DNA of 26,623 nucleotides. Source: a virus (lineage: Duplodnaviria; Caudoviricetes). A program made the translations under genes and the position numbers. Shown here piece by piece: positions 16,821 to 23,156 of the stretch. The stretch is taken from the IMG/VR virus record IMGVR_UViG_3300044266_000195, positions 1 through 26,623 of that record, one strand, 5' to 3'. The notes beneath the pieces were generated by a model. The model was not told where the DNA came from and did not search any database. It was given only the letters and a program-made list of their open reading frames with translations. How positions within the stretch are numbered: position 1 is the stretch's first letter; each line of letters starts with the position of its first letter.

Positions 16821-17684
16821 ATGACTGTTGTTGATAAATCATCCTATCATGCAGGATCTGATACTGGTATTCTTCTAATTCATGGACTAGGTGGAACTCC
16901 TGTAGAAATGCGATATATCGCACAAGGATTAAACCGTTCTGGTTATACGGTACACTGTTGTCAACTTGAAGGTCATTGTGGATCTCTTGAAGATCTTAAA
17001 AAGACTTCACAGGAAGATTGGATTAGATCTGTAGAAAGAGGTTTAAATAAATTAAACCATTGTAAAAATATTTTTGTTGGTGGTTTATCTGCTGGTTCTT
17101 TGTTGGCATTATATTTGGCAGAAAAACATTCACACAGAATTGATGGTGCTATTCTTTATTCGCCAACAATTATTCTAAATGGATGGGCAATGCCATTCTA
17201 TATGAATATTCTTCATTATCTTAGACCGTCTATGATAATGTTTGATATGTTGTTGACTGAAAGAGAACCACATGGAATTAAAGATGAAAGAATTAGAGCT
17301 ATGATTACAGATTCTATGAAGAAAAATTCTAAAGACGTTGGCACTTTTCAAATGCCACTATCTGTATTAGCAAAGTTTAATTCTTTTTCTGCTTATATGA
17401 GATCTAAGTTTAAGTATATTGACGTTCCTGTTATTGCATTTCATCCTAGAGAGGATGATTTCTGTGATATTTCTAATTCATATGAAATTCTCAGAAATGT
17501 ACGTAATAAAGCAGAATTAGTTGTTCTTGATGATTCTTATCACATTATTACTCTTGACAAGCAAAGAAGTTATGTGTTATATAAGAGTCAAGAATATGTT
17601 AAATCAATTCTCAAATTAAAACAGGAGAATGAAGAAAAACGAATTGTACAATATAGACCACGTAGCATAACGGATAGTGTCTGA
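16821..17684 (+). CDS. Alpha/beta hydrolase (carboxylesterase/lipase-like)
   Basis: IHGLGG oxyanion motif, GLSAG nucleophile elbow, EDD and SYH triad candidates. Confidence 0.9.
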   Translation: MTVVDKSSYHAGSDTGILLIHGLGGTPVEMRYIAQGLNRSGYTVHCCQLEGHCGSLEDLKKTSQEDWIRSVERGLNKLNHCKNIFVGGLSAGSLLALYLAEKHSHRIDGAILYSPTIILNGWAMPFYMNILHYLRPSMIMFDMLLTEREPHGIKDERIRAMITDSMKKNSKDVGTFQMPLSVLAKFNSFSAYMRSKFKYIDVPVIAFHPREDDFCDISNSYEILRNVRNKAELVVLDDSYHIITLDKQRSYVLYKSQEYVKSILKLKQENEEKRIVQYRPRSITDSV

Positions 17685-17731
17685 GCCTTCTAAGCTCTAG
17701 GGTGGGGGTTCGAATCCCTCCGTGGTCGCCA
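17656..17731 (+). tRNA. tRNA-Arg(TCT)
   Basis: GACCACG/CGTGGTC; loop CTTCTAA; GCCA; overlaps the esterase 3' end. Confidence 0.88.
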
Positions 17732-17737
17732 ATAACT

Positions 17738-17830
17738 GGGTGGTATTCCTGACGGCGGACTGTAAATCCGTTGCCTATAAAATAAAGTCGGGCGGCTGGC
17801 GATTAGGTTCAACTCCTTTATCACCCACCA
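17738..17830 (+). tRNA. Atypical tRNA-Tyr(GTA) lacking a conventional D-arm
   Basis: GGGTGGT/ATCACCC; GCGGA-CTGTAAA-TCCGT; only about 10 nt between acceptor and anticodon arms; about 30-nt variable region; ACCA. Confidence 0.75.
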
Positions 17831-17837
17831 GAATAAA

Positions 17838-17914
17838 CAGTTAGTAGCTCAACTTGGTAGAGCATATGGTTTGGGACCATAAGGTTGCAGGTTCGATTCC
17901 TGTCTAACTGACCA
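17838..17914 (+). tRNA. tRNA-Pro(TGG)
   Basis: CAGTTAG/CTAACTG; TATGG-TTTGGGA-CCATA; ACCA. Confidence 0.92.
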
Positions 17915-17919
17915 TTAAA

Positions 17920-18006
17920 GGATAGGTGATCGAGAGGTCGATGATGCCGGGCTTTTAATCCGTCTCCGAAAGGACACCGTGGGTTCGAATCCCACCCTAT
18001 CCTCCA
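17920..18006 (+). tRNA. tRNA-Lys(TTT) with long variable arm
   Basis: GGATAGG/CCTATCC; loop CTTTTAA; extra TCC-GAAA-GGA hairpin; TCCA. Confidence 0.82.
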
Positions 18007-18036
18007 ATTTTGTTGTGAACCTTGAAAGGATATAAT

Positions 18037-18321
18037 ATGTTTGAAGATGCAGTAGACTATGTATTTTTTGCTATGTTCAGTATAATTGCTTTTTTCTTTA
18101 TTACTTTATTTGCAGCAGGTGCATATGAACTTTCTGGTATTCCATGTGAAAAGATTGCTACTCTTAAAGGATTCCAGTATCAACATTCTATCGCCACTGG
18201 ATGTATGCTAAATGTTAATGGTACATGGGTCGCAAATTCTGACATTGTAGCTGTTGACAGAGGCGACAAGATCGTGTACCTTCCTAAGCATAAGACTCGT
18301 ACAGAACTTGAAATCAAATAA
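18037..18321 (+). CDS. Hypothetical membrane protein
   Basis: AAGGA RBS before ATG 18037; N-terminal transmembrane helix. Confidence 0.75.
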   Translation: MFEDAVDYVFFAMFSIIAFFFITLFAAGAYELSGIPCEKIATLKGFQYQHSIATGCMLNVNGTWVANSDIVAVDRGDKIVYLPKHKTRTELEIK

Positions 18322-18328
18322 GGAATAC

Positions 18329-18880
18329 ATGATGAAAAAGTTTCTAGCAACTACTGTTACACTTGCAGCACTCACGACTTCAGCATATGCTGATATCTTC
18401 TATCAAAAGTCTGAAAAGCTTTGGTCAGTGTTTGGTGTGGTTAATGTTAAAGAAAAGAATGATGCTTGTATTGCTGAACAAACTTGGCGAGATGGTTCAT
18501 TCTTCCAACTTATCAAGGACTTAAAAGACGGCGAACTATATATTGCACTAACGAATAACGAATGGCAAATTCAAGACAATCCAGGAACAATTGCCAAAAT
18601 GAGAGCAAATGCATATATTGGTAGTGAAATTTATGGATTCACATTCGATTTTGAAGTAACTGGTAAAAATTCTATCGTCATTCGTGGCATTATCGGAGAC
18701 AAGTTTGTTCCTGCTTTTGCTACAGCCAGTCAACTTCGTTTTGTTATGCCAGGAACCATCCCAAATGCTACAATTCATTTGAATGGATCAAGAGCAGCAG
18801 TCGAAGGGGTGTCTGATTGTATGGATAGATACAAGAGCGGAAACTTTTCTAATCCTCTTAAGAAGGGATTAGATTTGTAA
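18329..18880 (+). CDS. Secreted hypothetical protein
   Basis: AAGGA RBS; signal peptide MMKKFLATTVTLAALTTSAYA. Confidence 0.8.
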   Translation: MMKKFLATTVTLAALTTSAYADIFYQKSEKLWSVFGVVNVKEKNDACIAEQTWRDGSFFQLIKDLKDGELYIALTNNEWQIQDNPGTIAKMRANAYIGSEIYGFTFDFEVTGKNSIVIRGIIGDKFVPAFATASQLRFVMPGTIPNATIHLNGSRAAVEGVSDCMDRYKSGNFSNPLKKGLDL

Positions 18881-18888
18881 AGTAATAA

Positions 18889-18966
18889 GGGCACGTAGAC
18901 CAACGGGTAGGAGTCAGGAAACTTAAAATTTCCACAGTGTCAGTTCGAATCTGACCGTGCCCACCA
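18889..18966 (+). tRNA. tRNA-Leu(TAA), short variable loop
   Basis: GGGCACG/CGTGCCC; GGAAA-CTTAAAA-TTTCC; ACCA. Confidence 0.9.
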
Positions 18967-18969
18967 ATT

Positions 18970-19045
18970 GCCCCATTAGCCCAACGGTAGAGGCATTAGT
19001 TTTAGAAACTAATCAGTGCTGGTTCAAATCCAGTGTGGGGCACCA
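18970..19045 (+). tRNA. tRNA-Leu(TAG), short variable loop
   Basis: GCCCCAT/GTGGGGC; TTAGT-TTTAGAA-ACTAA; ACCA. Confidence 0.9.
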
Positions 19046-19054
19046 AAATAACAC

Positions 19055-19083
19055 TTGACTTTGTTATTCAAGTGTAGTAGAAT
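19055..19083 (+). promoter_or_regulatory. Sigma70-type promoter for the ncRNA array / DUF2828 operon
   Basis: TTGACT-17 nt-TAGAAT; overlapped by inverted repeat ACACTTGA/TCAAGTGT. Confidence 0.75.
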
Positions 19084-19096
19084 ACAAAAAGAATTA

Positions 19097-19189
19097 AGGA
19101 AACTAACAGCAAAACAATCATAGCTCAATGGTAGAGCAATCGTCTTGTAAACGATAGGAGTGGTTCAAATCCACAACTAAATGTTTCCT
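19097..19189 (+). ncRNA. Array unit 1: tRNA mimic (D-arm, anticodon arm TGT, T-arm; no acceptor stem)
   Basis: Stem AGGAAAC/GTTTCCT; TAGCTCAATGGTAGAGCA; ATCGT-CTTGTAA-ACGAT; GTGG-TTCAAAT-CCAC. Confidence 0.75.
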
Positions 19190-19199
19190 GAAAAGTTTA

Positions 19200-19310
19200 A
19201 GAGTGCTAACAGCAACCCAATGGATTGTCAATCCGTAGGTAGTTGGTTCGAATCCAACATTCTCCTTTTGGAGTATTAGCTCATATGGTAGAGCAACGAA
19301 AATGCACTCT
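19200..19310 (+). ncRNA. Array unit 2: circularly permuted tRNA mimic
   Basis: Stem AGAGTGC/GCACTCT; order is anticodon arm (GTC), T-arm, loop-closed acceptor stem, D-arm. Confidence 0.8.
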
Positions 19311-19319
19311 GTAAGTTTT

Positions 19320-19437
19320 AGAATGCTAACAGCATCATAACCTGCATTAGAAGCCGGTTGTCGTTGGTGCAAGTCCAACCTCCCTGACCATTAACAGGGA
19401 GTAGCTCAGTAGTAGAGCACCGTAAAAATAGCATTCT
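19320..19437 (+). ncRNA. Array unit 3: YrlA-like permuted tRNA mimic
   Basis: Stem AGAATGCTA/TAGCATTCT; CGGT/ACCG junction stem, T-arm, CTCCCTG-ACCATTAA-CAGGGAG, D-arm. Confidence 0.8.
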
Positions 19438-19447
19438 GTTAAGTTTT

Positions 19448-19504
19448 AGGTATCTAACAGCAACACAAAAAATCTTTTTGAACTAAAGAGCAAAAATGAT
19501 ACCT
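19448..19504 (+). ncRNA. Array unit 4: minimal unit with one hairpin
   Basis: Stem AGGTATC/GATACCT; TCTTT-TTGAACT-AAAGA hairpin. Confidence 0.7.
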
Positions 19505-19515
19505 GTTAAAGTTTA

Positions 19516-19573
19516 GGATAACTAACAGCAACCAAAAAATTCTTTTCCTATGTAAGAAAGAAAAATGTTATCC
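19516..19573 (+). ncRNA. Array unit 5: minimal unit with one hairpin
   Basis: Stem GGATAAC/GTTATCC; TTCTTT/AAAGAA hairpin. Confidence 0.7.
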
Positions 19574-19582
19574 GTTAGTTTT

Positions 19583-19699
19583 AGAAAGCAAACAGCAAAC
19601 CAAAAATTCTTGGTTCGATTCCAAGCTTCCCCGCCATTATGGGGAAGTTGCTCGTGGAGAGCCTTGTTAGGGAAACTTAACATGATCCCCATGCTTTCT
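19583..19699 (+). ncRNA. Array unit 6: circularly permuted tRNA mimic
   Basis: Stem AGAAAGCA/TGCTTTCT; T-arm CTTGG-TTCGATT-CCAAG, CTTCCCC-GCCATTAT-GGGGAAG, D-arm GCTC..GAGC, further hairpin. Confidence 0.8.
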
Positions 19700-19708
19700 G
19701 TTAATTTT

Positions 19709-19844
19709 AGACTAGATGCTGCAACCCAACAAAGCCAAATTGGCTTGTTCATAGAAAGAACATTGTCTTCGGATTTAATGTTCAGGTAGGTTTATCGAAG
19801 CTTCCAGAGGCCAATCTCTAAAAAAGCTGAGAACATTCTAGTCT
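19709..19844 (+). ncRNA. Array unit 7: multi-hairpin insert
   Basis: Stem AGACTAGA/TCTAGTCT; variant motif GCTGCAA; hairpins AAGCC/GGCTT and GAACATT/AATGTTC with a TTCG loop. Confidence 0.65.
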
Positions 19845-19854
19845 GTTAAGTTTA

Positions 19855-19944
19855 GGGCTGAATACAGCAAATCAAAAAACCTTACCCAAGGTCATTTGGG
19901 TGCCAGTGCTGAGTATCACATAAAACTGCTTAAAAGTTCAACCC
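19855..19944 (+). ncRNA. Array unit 8
   Basis: Stem GGGCTGAA/TTCAACCC (one mismatch); TACAGCAA motif; followed by GTTAA linker and the RBS of the DUF2828 gene. Confidence 0.65.
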
Positions 19945-19966
19945 GTTAATATTATGGAGAAATAAA

Positions 19967-21394
19967 ATGTCTACTTTTGTAAATGCAGTTAAAAACCAAG
20001 AAGCTCGTACAGAAAATGGCATGAAGGCATTCAAGTCTTCAGCCGATCCTCTAACAGACTTGTTCTTTAAGATCGGTGCACTAAGAGGTCAAGATGTAGT
20101 ACCTCATTTTGCTGCTGCTTATGCTTCTGACCGTAATCTAGCACTTCGTATTGCTCTTTGGGCGAGAGATGTTAGAGGTGGTGCAGGTGAGCGTAAGATT
20201 TATCGAGATATCCTAAACTGGCTAGAAAAGCATGACAAAGATGCTGCCATGGCTGTTGCTAGAAAAACACCATTGGTTGGTCGTTGGGATGATCTTCAAG
20301 TCTTTACAGAAGAAGATATGAAGAAGCATGTCTTCTCTATGCTCAAAGAAGCATTGGAGAAGAATGATGGTCTAGCTGCAAAATGGACTCCTCGTAAGGG
20401 AGCTTTTGCTGCTGAGTTTAGAGCATATCTTGGTTGGTCACCAAAGCGTTACCGTAAGACTTTGGTTGGTTTGACAAAGGTTGTTGAAACTCAAATGTGT
20501 GCTAAGCAATGGAATGAGATTAATTTCTCACATGTTCCATCAGTAGCAGCAAAGAACTATCGTAAGGCTTTTTATCGTAATACACCAAAGTATGCAGAAT
20601 ATGTTAATGCTTTGGTTAAGGGTGAAAAGATTGATGGCAAAGAAGTAAAGATCAATGCCTCTTCTATTTTCCCTCATGATGTTATTCGTAAGGCTGCTGG
20701 TTTTGTTGGCTATGGTAAAACAATGTCACAAACAGAACTAAATGCTATGATTGCTCAATGGGATGCATTGCCAAACTATATTAAGTCAGGTAATGTTCTT
20801 CCTCTTGTGGACGTATCTGGTTCGATGACATCAATGTTAGATAAATCAGGTTTACGAGCACTTGACGTAGCAGTATCTTTAGGGTTATACTGTGCAGATA
20901 AGAATACTGGTAAGTTCAATGGAACATTCTTGACGTTCTCTGGAACTCCAGAACTTCTTTATCTGAAGGGTAATATCCTACAGAAGCTAGAACAGATGGT
21001 AAAGTCCAAGTGGGAAATGAATACTAATCTTCATGCCGCATTTGAGAAGATTTTATCAACTGCCAAGAGTGCAGGTGTACCTCAAGAAGAAATGCCAGAA
21101 ACACTATTGATCCTTTCTGACATGCAGTTTAATCAATGTATCCGCTTTGATGATTCTGCTTATCAGATGATTGCTCGTAAGTATGAGCAAGCAGGCTATA
21201 CAATGCCAAAGGTTGTGTTCTGGAATTTGATGGCCAGAGATAATGCACCTGTTAAGTTCGATCAAAAGGGTGTTGCTTTGGTATCTGGTTTCTCACCAGC
21301 AATTCTAAAGGCAATTCTTGCTAATGACACTGAGCAATTCACTCCAAGAGGGATCATGCTCAAGACAATTATGCAAGATAAATATGCAGTATAA
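19967..21394 (+). CDS. DUF2828-family protein (TROVE/Ro60-like helical region plus vWA domain)
   Basis: RTENG, WARDVRGGAGER, GRWDDL, LAAKWTPR, INFSHVPSVA; vWA MIDAS DVSGSM, LSDMQFN, VFWNL, LVSGFS; GGAG RBS. Confidence 0.85.
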   Translation: MSTFVNAVKNQEARTENGMKAFKSSADPLTDLFFKIGALRGQDVVPHFAAAYASDRNLALRIALWARDVRGGAGERKIYRDILNWLEKHDKDAAMAVARKTPLVGRWDDLQVFTEEDMKKHVFSMLKEALEKNDGLAAKWTPRKGAFAAEFRAYLGWSPKRYRKTLVGLTKVVETQMCAKQWNEINFSHVPSVAAKNYRKAFYRNTPKYAEYVNALVKGEKIDGKEVKINASSIFPHDVIRKAAGFVGYGKTMSQTELNAMIAQWDALPNYIKSGNVLPLVDVSGSMTSMLDKSGLRALDVAVSLGLYCADKNTGKFNGTFLTFSGTPELLYLKGNILQKLEQMVKSKWEMNTNLHAAFEKILSTAKSAGVPQEEMPETLLILSDMQFNQCIRFDDSAYQMIARKYEQAGYTMPKVVFWNLMARDNAPVKFDQKGVALVSGFSPAILKAILANDTEQFTPRGIMLKTIMQDKYAV

Positions 21395-21400
21395 ATAGAT

Positions 21401-21427
21401 GGTTGCCGGTTTCCCGGCAACTGTTTA
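21401..21427 (+). terminator. GC-rich hairpin after the DUF2828 gene (probable terminator)
   Basis: GTTGCCGG-TTTC-CCGGCAAC followed by TGTTT. Confidence 0.6.
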
Positions 21428-21462
21428 TACCTGAAGTTTTAGTGGGAAAGGGTTTATAGATT

Positions 21463-21738
21463 ATGGACGGGCAAATGTTTAGAGAAGCACAGTTAGACGC
21501 ACTAGCTAGATTCTCTCGTCAATATGGAGACTCTTGGTTAACTGTTGTGTCTTGGTATAATCTGACTATTGGACCTATTACAAATAACGCAATCGAGTTT
21601 ATGCGCAATAATGGTGTTGAAACTAATCATATCGTCTTGAATGGACTTGATACTGCACTTGGTCTTGCTTATATGCAAGGACGACAAGATGGTTTCAAAG
21701 AAGCTCGATTGGAGTCTTTGCGAAAAACTTCTGAGTGA
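21463..21738 (+). CDS. Hypothetical protein
   Basis: 91-aa ORF on the coding strand. Confidence 0.6.
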   Translation: MDGQMFREAQLDALARFSRQYGDSWLTVVSWYNLTIGPITNNAIEFMRNNGVETNHIVLNGLDTALGLAYMQGRQDGFKEARLESLRKTSE

Positions 21739-21742
21739 ATAA

Positions 21743-21833
21743 AGGAGTGGGTGTTGGACACGGGAGGGATTTATAAACCCTTTAGCACTAGATAGGTGTT
21801 CTTGACTTGGATCGTAACCAAGCACTCCTACCA
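21743..21833 (+). tRNA. tRNA-Ile(TAT) with long variable arm
   Basis: AGGAGTG/CACTCCT; loop TTTATAA; AGCAC/GTGTT variable stem; CTTGG-ATCGTAA-CCAAG; ACCA. Confidence 0.75.
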
Positions 21834-21853
21834 ATTTTTTATAGGATGACAAA

Positions 21854-22042
21854 ATGAGAGATATTAACAGGATAGACCCAATCATTGATAAATTGAGAGA
21901 AGTTTGGAAACAATATCCTGATTTAAGATTAACTCAATTGATGTGGGAACTAGGTAGATCTGAATATACTTTCTTTTATGTCGAAGATAAATATATAGAA
22001 GAAAAACTTGACAGGTGTATTTCTCGTGGTAAGATTGAGTAA
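21854..22042 (+). CDS. Small protein, YihD/DUF1040-like
   Basis: RIDPIIDKLREVWKQYPDLRLTQL motif. Confidence 0.7.
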   Translation: MRDINRIDPIIDKLREVWKQYPDLRLTQLMWELGRSEYTFFYVEDKYIEEKLDRCISRGKIE

Positions 22043-22120
22043 ATTACTAAATAACTTAGTAATAGCGTATTCGTTCCTAATTATAATATACATCATGCTA
22101 ATCTTTTGAAAGGAACCAGT

Positions 22121-22483
22121 ATGACTAAAATTTTAGCAATAGTAACTACCCTGTTTTTGGCTGGGTGTTCAACAACCTACGTCAAAACAGTTATGTATAA
22201 AGAAACATTTTTAGAACAAGAAAATGCATTTATCGGTCTTGTAAATTTTGTTAGAAATAACAAAGACACAAAACCAACACCATTACTAAAAGATCGTATG
22301 AATCGTATGATTTTTGACGCCGGAATGTATACTGAATGTATTAATAAAAATTGTTATCTCGTATATAGTCGAACTAAAGTAAAAGTAAAATTTGATCAAG
22401 AATATATTACTATAGAATATTCAGAAAATTCTTATGTTAAAGTAGAAGATATTTCAAAAGCAGTAAACATTATTTATCGTTAA
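22121..22483 (+). CDS. Putative lipoprotein
   Basis: AAGGA RBS; lipobox LAGC. Confidence 0.75.
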   Translation: MTKILAIVTTLFLAGCSTTYVKTVMYKETFLEQENAFIGLVNFVRNNKDTKPTPLLKDRMNRMIFDAGMYTECINKNCYLVYSRTKVKVKFDQEYITIEYSENSYVKVEDISKAVNIIYR

Positions 22484-22487
22484 CATG

Positions 22488-22530
22488 ACTGGCCCCTCTG
22501 CTCCTTGGAGTACGGGCCAGTTTTATTTTG
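22488..22530 (+). terminator. Intrinsic terminator
   Basis: ACTGGCCC/GGGCCAGT stem followed by TTTATTTT. Confidence 0.7.
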
Positions 22531-22538
22531 AGGTAAAG

Positions 22539-23147
22539 ATGAATAAAAATTTATTCTTAATTCATGGAGCATGGTGTACAAAAAATAGTTATAATTACAT
22601 TATCAAAAAAATATTAGATGATCACTTTGTCGGAAATATACATTGTTTTGAATATGATTGTAATATCGAAAATCTTTCATCTATAACTAAAAGAGCCAAA
22701 AAACAACTAGAAGAAATATCTAAGAATGGTCTTAAGACTGTTGTGGTTGGACATTCGATGGGTGGTTTAATTGCTCTACGCCTTTCTCAGAAAAAAGAAG
22801 TTTACAAAACTATAACTTTGGCTTCTCCACTTTCAGGATTAAAATTTAATCGTATCATTCATGCTGTCTTGTTATATCATGCACCAGCACTCAAAGATTT
22901 AATTCCTGATTCCAAATTTCTCAAATGTATTCACGAACAATCATATTCCAAAAATCCAATAGAAATATATATAACTACAAGTGGGTTCAATCCAATGATA
23001 TTTGAACCTTCTGATGGTGTTATTCCACTGGAATCACAAACAAAATGGTATCCAGAAAATTCTAAAGTTGTAGAGATACAATCTAATCATTCTGAGATAT
23101 TACAATCAACGAAAGTAATTATGGCTATAGAAAATGCACTGAAATAG
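22539..23147 (+). CDS. Alpha/beta hydrolase (lipase/esterase-like)
   Basis: IHGAW, GHSMGG, SDGVIP and NHS; GAGG RBS before ATG 22539. Confidence 0.88.
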   Translation: MNKNLFLIHGAWCTKNSYNYIIKKILDDHFVGNIHCFEYDCNIENLSSITKRAKKQLEEISKNGLKTVVVGHSMGGLIALRLSQKKEVYKTITLASPLSGLKFNRIIHAVLLYHAPALKDLIPDSKFLKCIHEQSYSKNPIEIYITTSGFNPMIFEPSDGVIPLESQTKWYPENSKVVEIQSNHSEILQSTKVIMAIENALK

Positions 23148-23156
23148 GATTTATAT

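Larger units (their letters stand above)
19097..19944 (+). repeat. Tandem array of eight structured ncRNA units (Y-RNA/YrlA-like)
   Basis: Each unit is a 5' stem arm, an (A)ACAGCA-type motif, a variable insert and a complementary 3' arm; units are joined by a GTTAAGTTTTA-like linker. Confidence 0.85.

Noticed and set aside
19097-19699. Ordinary or decayed tRNA genes
   Set aside because: Arms are permuted or lack an acceptor, yet pairing is intact and each sits in the same conserved frame, which is not random decay.
19118-19789. Short ORFs across the array (19118-19378 -, 19522-19752 -, 19565-19789 +)
   Set aside because: No RBS or protein-like features; they overlay structured RNA.
19097-19944. 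CRISPR array
   Set aside because: Repeats are not identical, inserts vary widely in length and are structured tRNA-like RNA, stems covary within units, and no cas operon is present.
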